Assembly (NCBI GenBank): GCA_963843845.1
Contig: CAWJMB010000002.1
Span: 480,001-544,000, forward strand
Origin: an uncultured Gemmatimonadaceae bacterium
GTDB lineage: Bacteria; Gemmatimonadota; Gemmatimonadetes; Gemmatimonadales; Gemmatimonadaceae
DNA: 64,000 nt
Direction: 5' to 3'
The translations under genes and the position numbers were made by a program. Positions 10,801 to 22,272 of this stretch are shown piece by piece. Under the pieces are notes generated by a model. The model was not told where the DNA came from. It was given only the letters and a program-made list of their open reading frames with translations, and did no database searches. Position 1 is the stretch's first letter. The number at the start of each line of letters is the position of its first letter.

Positions 10801-11271
10801 CGGGTCGATCGACGATGCGGCCGATGTGCTGCGTCTTCTCGAGGCCCATGAGCGTCCACGTCATGCCGCCGTCGGTGCGACTTGTAGACGCCGGCGCCGG
10901 GCTCGATGGTGTTGCGCGAGTTCGGCTCGCCCGTGCCGGCCCAGACCGTGTTGCGTGTCGGTCGGCGCGATGGCGAGCATGCCCATCGAGATGACGCGCT
11001 TGTCGTCGAACACCGGGCGCCAGGTGATGCCGTTGTTCGTCGTCTTCCAGATGCCGCCGCCCGCGGCGGCGACGAAGATCGTCTTCGACGGGCCGGGAAT
11101 GCCGACGACGTCGGAGAGGCGGCCCATGAAGTTCGCCGGGCCGACCGTGCGCCAGCGGAAGCCGGCAACGGTCGCGGAATCGAGGGACTGCGCCGGGACA
11201 GTCGTCGCAGCGAGCGCGAGGCCGAGCGCGGTGACGCCGAGCGCGGCGAGGGTGGAGCGGGATCGGAGCAT
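7813..11271 (-). CDS. Large secreted Asp-box (BNR)/VPS10-like beta-propeller protein, glycosyl hydrolase-like (many frameshifts)
   Basis: Signal peptide, FRWRTVGPANFMGR, repeated S/TxDxGxTW boxes, HVDDHGIWIDP, ATHGRGFWIVD; Gly-rich C-terminal tail. Confidence 0.85.
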
Positions 11272-11444
11272 ACGGCGATGCTGGGGGGTCGCAGGAAGGG
11301 GCAGCGGCAGGGCGGGCACGGTCGGTCCGTCGCGTTCGCCTGCGTCCACTAAACGCGCACCCCGCGAAAAGTGATGCGCCCAACGCACCGGGGCGGCCCG
11401 TGCGTTATCGTCGTCAGCACTCACCCGCCCGCCAGGAGTCGTTC

Positions 11445-14400
11445 ATGCTCGTCCCCTCTCGCGCCGGCCGAGTCGCGGCCGCCCTCGCCTTCGTGCCGCT
11501 CGCCGCGTGGACCGCGCAGCGCGTCGTTCCCCACTCGGCCGCGTCGGCCGCGTCGGCCGCCGCCGCGCTTCCCGACTCGTCGTTCCTCAAGTCGTATCGG
11601 TGGCGCAACATCGGCCCCGATCGCGGCGGCCGCTCGATCGCCGTCGAGCGGCGTGAAAGGCCGCCCGAACGAGGCGCTACTTCGGCGCCGTCGGCGGCGG
11701 GCTGTGGAAGACGACCGACGGCGGCGAGAACTGGGCGCCGGTGACCGACGGCCAGATCACGCAGCGCGTCGGTCGGCGCGGTCGCGGTGTCGGAGATCGA
11801 ATCCCGACGTCGTCTACATCGGCATGGGCGAGACGTGCATCCGCGGCAACATCATGCCCGGCGACGGCGTCTACAAGTCGACCGACGCCGGCAAGACGTG
11901 GACGCACATCGGCTTCCGCGACGTCGGACGCGATCTCGAAGATCCGCATCCATCCGACGAACCCGAACATCGTGTTCGTCGCGTCGTTCGGCAAGTACGG
12001 CGTCGCCGAGCGAGGAGCGCGGCGTGTTCAAGAGCGACCGACGGCGGCAAGACGTGGAAGCAGCGTGCTGTTCCGCGACGACGAAGACCGGCGCGATCGA
12101 CATCTCGATCGACCCGAACAACCCGAACGTGCATGTACGCCGCGATGTGGGAGGCGTACCGCAAGGAATACCAGATGTCGAGCGGCGGCCCGGGCAGCGG
12201 CCTGTTCAAGTGGACCGACGGCGGCGAGACGTGGACGGAGATCACGCGCAACCCGGGGCTGCCGGCCGGGCGTCGATCGGCCGCATCGGCGTCGCGGTGT
12301 CGGCGGCGAACCCGAACCGCGTGTACGCGCTCGTCGAGAACGACAACGGCGGCCTGTTCAGCTCCGACGACGCCGGCGCGACGTGGACGCTGGTGAACGC
12401 GAACCGCAACATCCGCCAGCGCGCGTTCTACTACACGCACGTCTTCGCCGACCCGAAGAACGCGGACGTCGTCTACCTGCAGAACACGGCGCCTTCCGCT
12501 CGACGGACGGCGGCAAGACGCTGCGACGAACGGTCGGCGACGGACACGCACGGCGACTTCCACGACCTGTGGATCGATCCCGACGACTCCGACGCACATG
12601 GTCGTCGCCAACGACGGCGGCGGCGCGGTGACGACGAACGACCGGCGCGCGCACGTGGACGGCGCAGGACTTCCCGACGCGCGCAGTTCTACCACGTCGT
12701 CGCGACGACGCACATGCCGTTTCACGTCTGCGGCTCGCAGCAGGACAACAGCACGCTGTGCATGCCGTACAACTGGAACCTGCGCGTCGGCGGCGGCGGC
12801 GACGCGGCGGCGGCGGCGGACGCGGCGGCGTGCACGCGCCGGCGGCATCGTACAGTCCGTCGGCGGCTCGGAGAACGGCTACATCGCGCCCGACCCGCGC
12901 GACCCCGACCTGTTCTACTCGGGCACGAACAACGGCGGCGGCTACCTCGACAAGTTCAACCGCCGCACCGGGCAGTCGCGCGAGGTGAACCCGTATCCGC
13001 GCATGTTCTCCGGGCGAGGAGTCGGCGGTACATCAAGGAGCGCTGGCAGTGGACGTACCCGATCATCTTCTCGCAGGTCGAACCCGCGCGCGCTGTACGT
13101 CTCGTCGCAGCGCCTGTGGCGGACGACGGACGGCGGCCAGACAGCTGGGAGCGCTCAGCGGCGACCTCACGCGCCACGACCCGAAGACGATGGGGCAGTC
13201 CGGCGGCCCGATCACGGGCGACATGAACGGCCCCGAGGTGTACGGCGTGATCTTCTCGGTCGGCCCGAGCAAGAAGGACGCGAACCGTGCATCTGGACCG
13301 GCTCCGACGACGGCCTGGTGCACGTCACGCGCGACGGCGGCAAGACGTGGACGAACGTGACGCCGAAGGACATGCCGGACTTCGGCCGCGTGAGCATGAT
13401 CGACGCGTCGGCGTTCGACGCGGCCACGGCGTACATCTCCGTGAAGCGGCCGCTGCTCAACGACCGCGCGCCGTACATCTTCCGGACGCACGACTACGGC
13501 CGGACGTGGACGAAGATCGTGAACGGCATCCGCGCCGACGACTACGTGCACGCCGTGCGCGAGGACCCGACGCGCAAGGGCCTGCTCTACGCCGGCACGC
13601 AGCACGGCGTGTACATCTCGTACGACGACGGCGCGAACTGGGAGTCGCTGTCGCTCAACCTGCCCGACGTGCCGGTCGTCGACCTCATCGTCGAGCCGAA
13701 CGAGCTCGCGATCGCGACGCACGGCCGCGGCTTCTGGGTGCTCGACAACATCGCGCCGCTGCGGCAGTACGCGCCGGCGATGGCCGCGTCGAGCGACCCG
13801 GTGCTGTTCGCGCCGCCGGCCGCGGTGCGCGCGACGGGGCCGGTCGCGATCAAGTACTGGCTGAAGCAGCCGGCACAGCGCGTCACGCTGGAGATCCTCG
13901 ACGCGACCGGGAAGGTGATGCGCGCGTTCGTCCCGGACACCGCGCGGGCGGGCGCGGCGAGCGCGGCGACTGCCGCGCCGAACATGGCGAGCGATTCGAT
14001 GCGCGCGGCGATGCGCGGCACCGCGGCGGCCCGGAGCCGGGCGGGCCCGACACCGCGGCCGCGGCGGGCGGCGGACCGCGTCGCGGCGGCCGCCGAGTCA
14101 GGCGCCGGCGCGGGTGGCCGGGCTGAACACCGTCACGTGGGACCTGCGCACGGCGAGCGCGACGACGTTTCCCGGGATGATGCTGTGGGGCGCGTCGACG
14201 AACGGCCCGACGGTGCCGCCGGGCACGTACACGCGTGCGGCTCACGGCCGACGGCAGGAGCGTCACGCAGCCGCTCGTCGGTGAAGCGCAACCCGCGCTT
14301 CACCGACGTCACCGACGCCGACCTGCGCGCGCAGTTCGCGCTCGCGACGCAGCATCCGCGACAAGGTGAGCGAGGCGAACGAGGCGGTCATCGACATCCG

Positions 14401-14781
14401 CGCGCATGAAGGCGCAGGTCGCCGACCGGCTGAAGAAGTCGGCCGACGCGACGCTCAAGGCGCGCGGCGACGCGCTCGTCGCGGCGATCGCGCGCGGTCG
14501 AGGAGGAGATCTACCAGGTGCGGAACCAGAGCGGGCAGGACCCGCTCAACTTCCCGATCAAGGTCAACAACCGCATCGCGTCGCTGCTCGGCGTCGTCGC
14601 GAACAGCGAGGCGCGCCCGATCGCGAACGCCGACCCGATCTTCCGCGACCTCGTCGCCGAGCTGAAGGTGCAGACCGACCGTCTGCAGCGGGTGCTGGGT
14701 ACCGAGCTCCCCGCGTTCAACGCCGAGGCGCGCCGGCTCGGGCTCGAGCAGGTGACCGCACCCCGGCCGATCGTGCAGTGA
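11445..14781 (+). CDS. Second Asp-box (BNR)/VPS10-like beta-propeller protein (many frameshifts)
   Basis: YRWRNIGPDRGGRS, repeated STDAGKTW/TDGGETW/TRDGGKTW, HGDFHDLWIDP, ATHGRGFWVLD, helical tail NQSGQDPLNFP. Confidence 0.85.
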
Positions 14782-17051
14782 TGCGTGCGGCCATCGTGGT
14801 CGCGTGCATGGTCCCCGGCATCGTCGAGGCGCAGCGGACGGCGGCGACGCTGTCGGGGCGCGTGACCGACACCGCGGGCGCGCCGCTCGCCGGCGCCCGC
14901 GTCACCCTCACGGAGCTGTCGCGCGAGGCGATCACGCGGGCCGACGGGCGCTACGCGTTCGCGGGGCTGCCGACCGGTCGCTACACCGTCGTCGCACGAC
15001 GGCTCGGCTACGCGTCGCGCTCGGTCGTCGTCGCGACGGCGACCGAGCGCGGGGCGCACGACTTCGCGCTCGTGCCGACCGCGTTCCGCATCGAGCCGGT
15101 GACGGTGACCGCGGCCGCGGGCCCGACCGAGGCGTTCCGCTCGGCGCGGTCGATCGGCGTGCTGACGCAGGACGCGCTGCGGCGCGAGGCGAGCATCTCG
15201 CTGGCCCACTCGCTCGTCTCGCTGCCCGGCGTGCGCTCGGTCAGCACCGGGCTCCAGATCGGCAAGCCGGTCGTGCGCGGTGTGTCGGGCGCGCGGGTCC
15301 TCACGGCGGACGACGGGCTCCGCATCGAGGACTATTCGTGGAGCGATGAGGACGCGCCGTCGATCGACGCACGCCTCGCCCAGCGCGTCGAGGTCGTGCG
15401 CGGTCCGGCGAGCGTGCTCTACGGGTCGGACGCCGTCGGCGGCGTCGTCAACGTCGTTCCCGAGGCGCTGCCGGTGGCCGAGGCGGGAGGCTCGGTTCGC
15501 CATACGAGCGCGGAGCTCTACGGCGCGACGAACAACGCGGAGGTCGGCGCGTCGCTGCGCGTGGAAGGCGCGGTCGGACGTGTGGGGTACCGCGCGTTCG
15601 GCGTCGGGCGCGTGGCCCAGAGCTACCACACGCCGGCCGGGGCGGTGGCGCACACGGGCTTCGGCGGCGGCAACGGGCAGCTCGCGGTCGGGCTGCGCGG
15701 CGCGCGGTCGAACACGACGCTGCGCGCCGTGCACTACGGCGGAGAGTTCAAGCTGCTCGAGGCGGTGCCGGCGACCGCCCCCGCCGGCGCGGCCGGGGCG
15801 GAGGAGGAGGGCCCCGAGCGCAAGCTGCTCGACGACCGGGTGCAGGTGGTGCACGAGCGCCTCGTCGGCGGGGTGCGCGTCGAGGCGAAAGGGCAGTTCC
15901 AGCGGCATTCGCTGATCGAGGTCTCCGACGACTGCATCCCGCCGCCCGGCGCGACGGCGTGCGTGAAGCCGCCGGGGGTGAAGGAGGCGACGGCGTTCGA
16001 CCTGCTGCTCAACACGGCCGTCGCCGATCTGCGCGTGCACCATGGCGGCGACCGCGACGGCGGGGTGCGCGGCACGGTCGGCGTGTCGGGGATGTACCAG
16101 ACGAGCGATTCGCGCGGCCCGATCTTCCTCGTCCCGGACGCGACGTCGGCCACCGTCGCGGGGTACGCGCTGGAGCAGTGGACGGCGGGGCGGCTCACGG
16201 TGTCGGGCGGCGCACGCGTCGACCACCGCGCGCTCCGCGCGTCGCCCAACGCGCAGCTCTCGCTCGCCCGGCGCGACGCGCGCGACTGGACGGCGGCGAC
16301 GTTCGACGCGGGGCTCGTCGTGCGGGCGACGCCGGCGCTGTCGCTCGTCGCGAGCGGCGGCACCGGGTGGCGCGCGCCGACGCTCTTCGATCTCTACGCG
16401 AACGGTCCCCAGCTCGCGGAGGCGCGCTACGAGATCGGCGACCCCGGGCTGCGCACCGAGTACGCCACGAACGGCGAGGCCGGCCTGCGCTGGTCGAGCC
16501 CGCACGTCCGCGCCGAGGCGACCGCGTTCGCCACACGGATCGACGACTTCATCTACGTGACGCCGACGGCGCAGACGGCGTCCGGGCTGCCGCTCGTTCG
16601 CCACGTCCAGACCGATGCGCGCTTCGCGGGCGTCGAGTCGCTGGCGGAGGTGGCGGTCGCGGCGCCGCTCACGCTGCGTGCGCGGCAGGACTACGTGCGC
16701 GCCACGAACCGCGCGACCGGCGCGCCGCTCCCGCTCATCCCCCCGGCGCGCGGTGCCGTCGGCGGCACGCTCCACACGACCGGCGCCGCTCACCCCACCG
16801 CGCTCTCGGCCGAGGTCGAGCACGTGGCGCGGCAGACGCGGCTCGACGTCAACGACGTGCCGACGAACGCCTACACGCTCGTGAACGTCGACGTCGAAGG
16901 GGAGCGCACGCTGCACGGGCGCGCGTACCGACTCGACGTCGGCGTGCACAACGTCGGCGACGTGGCGTACCGCGACTTCCTGAGTCGGTACAAGCGGTTC
17001 GCGCTCGATCCGGGGCGCAACGTCACCGTCCGGCTGTCGACGGGCTGGTGA
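14781..17051 (+). CDS. TonB-dependent receptor with N-terminal carboxypeptidase-regulatory-like domain
   Basis: LSGRVTD..G.PL.GA, plug KPVVRG, RVEVVRGPASVLYGSDAVGGVVN, C-terminal aromatic residue W. Confidence 0.92.
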   Translation: MRAAIVVACMVPGIVEAQRTAATLSGRVTDTAGAPLAGARVTLTELSREAITRADGRYAFAGLPTGRYTVVARRLGYASRSVVVATATERGAHDFALVPTAFRIEPVTVTAAAGPTEAFRSARSIGVLTQDALRREASISLAHSLVSLPGVRSVSTGLQIGKPVVRGVSGARVLTADDGLRIEDYSWSDEDAPSIDARLAQRVEVVRGPASVLYGSDAVGGVVNVVPEALPVAEAGGSVRHTSAELYGATNNAEVGASLRVEGAVGRVGYRAFGVGRVAQSYHTPAGAVAHTGFGGGNGQLAVGLRGARSNTTLRAVHYGGEFKLLEAVPATAPAGAAGAEEEGPERKLLDDRVQVVHERLVGGVRVEAKGQFQRHSLIEVSDDCIPPPGATACVKPPGVKEATAFDLLLNTAVADLRVHHGGDRDGGVRGTVGVSGMYQTSDSRGPIFLVPDATSATVAGYALEQWTAGRLTVSGGARVDHRALRASPNAQLSLARRDARDWTAATFDAGLVVRATPALSLVASGGTGWRAPTLFDLYANGPQLAEARYEIGDPGLRTEYATNGEAGLRWSSPHVRAEATAFATRIDDFIYVTPTAQTASGLPLVRHVQTDARFAGVESLAEVAVAAPLTLRARQDYVRATNRATGAPLPLIPPARGAVGGTLHTTGAAHPTALSAEVEHVARQTRLDVNDVPTNAYTLVNVDVEGERTLHGRAYRLDVGVHNVGDVAYRDFLSRYKRFALDPGRNVTVRLSTGW

Positions 17052-17081
17052 TCGTCCAGCACTCTCCATTCCCACACTCGT

Positions 17082-17639
17082 ATGACCGTTCGCTCGTGGC
17101 GTCAGCTCCACCGCTGGGTCGGCTTCCCGGCCGCCGTGTTCCTGCTCTTCGCGGCGACGACGGGGACGCTCGTCGCCGGCACCGAGTTCTTCGGCGAGGA
17201 CGAGGCGCTGCGCGAGCGCACGCGTGACCTCGTGAGCCCGGTGACGGTCGCGTCGCCCGCCGCGGCGCTGGGCGACCCGCTCGCCCGCGCCGTCGCCGCC
17301 GCGGCGCAGCGCTCGGCCGGCGCGCCGATCGACAAGGTCGAGATGCAGCTCAAGGGCGACCAGCCGACGGTGACGCTCTTCACCGGCAAGCCGAACGGCG
17401 GCGAGGACCGCAAGCTCGTGTTCGACGCGCGCACCGGTACGCTGCTCCACGACGAGGCGTACGCCGACAAGCCGTTCCTCTACCGCCTGCACAGCGGCGA
17501 GGCGTTCGGCGACGGCGGGCTCGTGCTCGCGATGCTCTGGGGGCTCGCGCTCATCGTTCTGTCGATCACGGGGTTCTACATCTATTTCACGATGCGCGGC
17601 ACGCGCGAGCGGAGCGGGGTGCGGCGCGTGTTCTGGTAG
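17082..17639 (+). CDS. PepSY-associated TM helix protein
   Basis: RQLHRWVG, FDARTG, YRLHSG, LSITGFYIY; follows TonB receptor. Confidence 0.82.
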   Translation: MTVRSWRQLHRWVGFPAAVFLLFAATTGTLVAGTEFFGEDEALRERTRDLVSPVTVASPAAALGDPLARAVAAAAQRSAGAPIDKVEMQLKGDQPTVTLFTGKPNGGEDRKLVFDARTGTLLHDEAYADKPFLYRLHSGEAFGDGGLVLAMLWGLALIVLSITGFYIYFTMRGTRERSGVRRVFW

Positions 17640-17697
17640 TTCCAATCGAGAGATTGGGATGGCAGGCGTTCCCCACTCGCTCGAAGAGGCCCATCCA

Positions 17698-20011
17698 GTG
17701 ACGCGCTTTCGCTCCGCCCGGCCTCGTCGCCAGCCTCGTCGCCAGCCTCGTCGCCAGCCTCGTCGCCAGCCTCGTCGTCCCGAGTCTCCTGAGCGCGCAG
17801 CTCGCGCCCGCGGCCGACTCCGTGCTGCGCCGCCTCTTCGCGTCGCCGACGTACACGCCCGAGCGCTTCGGGCCGGCGCAGTGGCTCGCGAGCGGCGAGC
17901 GCTACACGACGCTCGAGCCGGCGGCGGGGGGCGGGACGGACATCGTCGAGTACGACGCGGCCACGGGGCGGCGCGCGGTGAAGGTCGCGGCGGCGCGGTT
18001 GACGCCGCCGAACGCGAGCGCGCCGCTGCGCGTCGACGACTACACCTGGTCGCGCGACGGCAGTCGACTCCTCGTCTTCACGAACACCGAGCGCGTCTGG
18101 CGCGACAACACGCGCGGCGACTACTGGGTGCTCGACCTGCGCACGAACGCGCTCCGCAAGCTCGGTGGAGCGAGCGCGTCGCCGAGCACGCTGATGTACG
18201 CGAAGTTCTCGCCGGACGGCGGGCGCGTCGCGTACGTGCGCGACGGCGAGGTCTACGTCGAGCGCCTCACGGATCCCTCGCCTCGCGCAGGACAGGCTCT
18301 CCCGATCACGCGCCTCACGCGCCTCACGCGCGACGCGTCTCGCGCGCGCGTGAACGGGATGACCGACTGGGTCTACGAAGAAGAGTTCGGGTTCCGCGAC
18401 GGCTTCCGGTGGTCCCCGGACGGGCGCGCGATCGCCTACGTGCAGTTCGACATGACCGGCGTGCGCGACTTCACGCTGATCAACGACACCGACTCGCTCT
18501 ACTCGTTCACGATCCCGATCCAGTACCCGAAGGCGGGCACGACGAACTCCGCGGTGCGCGTCGGCGTCGTGAGCGCGGCCGGCGGGCCGACGACGTGGAT
18601 CACGCTGACCGGGGACCCCCGTGAACACTACCTGCCCCGGCTGGAGTGGGCGGACAGCGCGACGCTGCTCATGCAGCGCATGAACCGCCTGCAGAACGAA
18701 GACGCGCTGCTCCTCGCCGACACACGCACCGGCGCGACGCGCACGATCCTCACGGAGCGCGACAGCGCGTGGGTCGACGTCGTCGACGACGTGCGGTGGC
18801 TCGCGAACGGGCGTGAGCTGCTCTGGATCAGCGAGCGCGACGGGTGGCGCCACGCCTACGTCGTGTCGCGCGACGGACGACAGACGCGGCTCGTCACGCC
18901 GGGCGCGTTCGACGTGATCGACGTCTCGGCGGTCGACGAGGCGAACGGCTGGCTCTACTTCAGCGCCTCGCCGACGAACGCGACGCAGCGCTTCCTGTAC
19001 CGCGCATCGCTCGCCGGCGGCGCCGCTCCCGAGCGCGTGACCGCCGCCACCGCCGCGGGCACCCACACGTACGACGTGTCGCCGAACGGGCGGTGGGCGT
19101 TCCACACCTCCTCGTCGTTCGACGCGCCGCCGGTCGTGCGGCTCGTCAGCCTGCCGAACGATTCGGCCGTCCGCACCGTGCTCGCGAACGAGCGGCTCCG
19201 CGCCGCCGCCGCGCCGCTCGTCGCGCGCCGCGCCGAGTTCTTCCAGGTCGACGCCGCGGGCGTGCCGATGGACGGGTGGATGATCCGCCCGCCGACGTTC
19301 GACGCCGCGCGGCGCTACCCGGTGCTCGTGTTCGTCTACGGCGAGCCGGCGTCGCAGACGGTGGTCGATCGGTGGGGCGGCGCGCAGGGGCTCTGGTTCC
19401 GCGCGCTCGCCGACATGGGCTACGTCGTCGTCAGCATCGACAACCGCGGCACGCCGGCGCCGAAAGGGCGCGCCTGGCGAAAATCCGTGTACGGCGCGGT
19501 CGGCGTGCAGGCGAGCGCGGACCAGGCCGCGGCGTTGGGCACCCTGCTCCGCACGCGGCCGTACCTCGACGCGTCGCGCGTCGCCGTGTGGGGGTGGAGC
19601 GGCGGGGGCTCGATGACGCTCAACCTCATGTTCCGCCACCCGGAGCTGTACCACGTCGGCATGTCGGTCGCGCCGGTCCCCGACCAGCGGCTGTACGACA
19701 CGATCTACCAGGAGCGCTACATGGGGCTCCCGCAGACGAACGCCGACGGCTACCGACTCGGTTCGCCGATCACGTTCGCCGAGGGGCTGCGCGGCAGGCT
19801 GCTGCTCGTGCACGGGAGCGGCGACGACAACGTGCACTACCAGGGGACCGAGCGGCTCGTGAACCGACTCGTGTCGTTAGGCAAGACGTTCGACTTCATG
19901 GCCTACCCGAACCGCTCGCACTGCATCTGCGAGGGGGCGGGGACGACGCTGCACGTCTACTCGCTGCTCACGCGCTACCTGACGACGCACCTGCCGGCCG
20001 GCGGGCGCTGA
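17698..20011 (+). CDS. S9B dipeptidyl peptidase IV family (signal peptide offset by 1 nt)
   Basis: DWVYEEE, YPKAG, GWSGGG nucleophile, HGSGDDNVH, YPNRSH; ORF 17822-20011, start inferred at GTG 17698. Confidence 0.92.
17721..17777 (+). repeat. 12-nt tandem repeat GCCTCGTCGCCA x4.75 (ASLV repeats in signal peptide)
   Basis: Read directly. Confidence 0.9.
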
Positions 20012-20066
20012 GCGCCCGCGCACTCGCAGCGCGGCGTCCACCCGCGGCCGTCGCCGAAGCCCATGC

Positions 20067-20099
20067 GGCCGCGGCGCGCCGTTCTCGCGCGCCGCGGCC
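20067..20099. terminator. 13-bp perfect hairpin between convergent genes
   Basis: GGCCGCGGCGCGC-N7-GCGCGCCGCGGCC. Confidence 0.55.
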
Positions 20100-20123
20100 T
20101 GCCGTGCGTCGATGCCGCGACGG

Positions 20124-21914
20124 CTACGCCATCGTCGGCCGCTTCCGCTGGACGTCGGAGTGGAGCTGGAACTGGTGCGCCACGCCGAGGATGACGTCGT
20201 CGTTGTAGAGCTGCCCGGTGACGACGGCGCCGATCGGCTGCGGCTTTCCCTCGATGCGCGGCGCGTTCGCCGCGTTCGGCCCGCCGCCTCCCTGGGCCGG
20301 GACGTCGAACTTGTAGGGCACGACGGCGCACGGGTGTCCCGTCTGCGCGTTCGGCCCGACGTCGGCCTGCGGGGCGCCGACGAAGCAGTCGAGGTCCTTC
20401 ATGAAGTCGGCCCACTTCGCGACGAGCGCGTAGCGGCGCCGCTGCTGCTGCAGGAACTCGTACGCCTTCACCGTGCGCCCGACGACGAAGCGCGGGTTCC
20501 AGTCGGCGGGGGCCATCGGCGTGCCGGCGGAGGCCATCGGCGACGTGCCCGGGTACGGCGTGCCCCCCGTCGCCGGCGGCGCGACGACGGTGTTCAGATC
20601 GAGCCCGATCTCCTTCGCCTTGCGCTGCACGTAGTCGTCGAACGCCGCCGCGTACTCGACGTTGAGCCCGCCGCCGCCGATGCCGGGGACGGTCGGGCGC
20701 GGGCCGATCTCGGCGGGCCGCATGCCCAACGCCCTCAGCCCGTCGACGAACTCCTTCGGCGCCTGCGCGTCGACGCCGATGCGGAGCGAGGCGAGCTTGA
20801 GGTTGCGATCGAAGCGGAACGGCGTCGTCACCGTCGACGGATCGCCCGGGTCGGCGCCGTGGATGTAGTGAAAGACCATCGCCGCGTCTTCGACCGTCCG
20901 CGTGATCGGGCCGACGCGGTCCTGCGTCCACGCGAGCACCATCCCGCCGGCGCGGCTCACGCGCCCGAACGTCGGCCGGAGCGCGCTCACGCCGCACCGG
21001 ATCGCCGGCGACACGATCGAGCCCTGCGTCTCGGTGCCGATGCCGAACGCGACGCACCCGGCCGCCGTGGCCGACGCCGGCCCGGCCGACGAGCCGCTGC
21101 TGCCTAACGCGAGGTTCCACGGATTGTTCGTGCGCCCGCCGAACCACTGATCGTTCTGCGCGAACAGTCCGGTCGTCAGCTTCGCGACCATGACCGCGCC
21201 GGCGTTCCGCAGCCGCGTCACGACCTCGGCGTCCTCGTCGACGATGCGCGTCTCGAAGTCCTTCGCGCCCCACGTCGTCGGGAGCCCCTTCGTCCAGAAC
21301 AGGTCCTTGAGCCCGTACGGCACGCCGTGCAGCGGCCCACGATACTTCCCGGCCGCGATCTCGCGGTCCATCTGCGCCGCCTCGGCGAGCGCCTGCGCGC
21401 GCGGGATCGTCACCGCGAAGCGGAGCGTCGGGTTGTAGCGCTCGAGCCGGTCGAGGTAGATCGTCGTGATCCGCGTCGACGTCAGCTTCTTCGCCTTGAT
21501 GAGCGCCGAGATGCGGTGCGCGGGGAGGAACGCGAGGTCCTCGTCGGCGGTCGGGACTGCCCCCTTCCACGGCTCGACGGTGAACGTGCCGCGCTCGAAC
21601 GCGGCGGCGCCGCGCTCGCGGATCAGCTTCTCCATGAGCGCGCCGGTCCCGCCGACGTACGGCATGAACTGCTCGGCCGGCGGCTCGCCGTTGCCCAACG
21701 CGAGCGGCGGGACGGCGGGCTGTGCGGGGGGCTGGCCGCCGCCGGTGCCGCGCTGCGCCCACGCGGCGTGCGCGCCGAACGTCGTCGCGGCGGCGGTGAG
21801 CAGCGACGTGAACAGGAACTCGCGGCGGTCGACGCCGGTGGCGTGCTCGGCCTGTTCGGCGCGCGCGGCGAGCTCGGGCTCGAGGGCGGCGAGGAGATCT
21901 TCGGGGCGGTCCAA
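20124..21914 (-). CDS. Amidase signature family protein with Tat-like motif
   Basis: GPLHGVPYGLKD, GSSGSSAG, GTETQGSIVSPA; DRREFL twin-arginine; TTG start inferred after GGAGG. Confidence 0.88.
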   Translation of the reverse strand: MDRPEDLLAALEPELAARAEQAEHATGVDRREFLFTSLLTAAATTFGAHAAWAQRGTGGGQPPAQPAVPPLALGNGEPPAEQFMPYVGGTGALMEKLIRERGAAAFERGTFTVEPWKGAVPTADEDLAFLPAHRISALIKAKKLTSTRITTIYLDRLERYNPTLRFAVTIPRAQALAEAAQMDREIAAGKYRGPLHGVPYGLKDLFWTKGLPTTWGAKDFETRIVDEDAEVVTRLRNAGAVMVAKLTTGLFAQNDQWFGGRTNNPWNLALGSSGSSAGPASATAAGCVAFGIGTETQGSIVSPAIRCGVSALRPTFGRVSRAGGMVLAWTQDRVGPITRTVEDAAMVFHYIHGADPGDPSTVTTPFRFDRNLKLASLRIGVDAQAPKEFVDGLRALGMRPAEIGPRPTVPGIGGGGLNVEYAAAFDDYVQRKAKEIGLDLNTVVAPPATGGTPYPGTSPMASAGTPMAPADWNPRFVVGRTVKAYEFLQQQRRRYALVAKWADFMKDLDCFVGAPQADVGPNAQTGHPCAVVPYKFDVPAQGGGGPNAANAPRIEGKPQPIGAVVTGQLYNDDVILGVAHQFQLHSDVQRKRPTMA

Positions 21915-22007
21915 CGGGTCCTCCGAGGTGATGGGGCGCGAACGAATACGATAGCCGGGTGCGGGCGTCGGGACGACGGGTGGGGGGGGCGGTTTCCGAA
22001 CGGCGTG

Positions 22008-22272
22008 ACGGCGGTGACGGTGCTGCGGGGTCGGTACGGCGGTTTCTCTACGGCGTGAGGGCGCCGTCGGTACGGCGCTGGCGATACGGCGGGGAATCGG
22101 AAGGTGCCTAACGGCACGGCCCGGCCGCTCGTGACGGGTCGTCAGGCCATGCCCGTCACCCACCTCCGCACCCCCGCCGTACCGACGGCGCCGTAGCGAC
22201 AGCGCCGTATCGGCAGCGCCCTCACGCCGTCTCGGAACCGCCGTAGAGACCCCGCCCCACCGTCACCGCCGT
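22008..22272. repeat. Long imperfect inverted repeat (arms 22008-22094 and 22172-22272) made of TACGGCG sub-repeats
   Basis: Reverse complement of the right arm aligns to the left arm over about 85 nt. Confidence 0.85.

Noticed and set aside
14511..17645. Very long antisense or alternate-frame ORFs (1044 aa here; also 17582-19837, 23057-25417, 43097-45349)
   Set aside because: Arg/Ala/Pro-rich shadows of real genes, expected when stop codons are rare in high-GC DNA.
22008..22272. CRISPR array
   Set aside because: Sub-repeats are about 7 nt with no unique spacers, the arrangement is inverted, and there are no cas genes.
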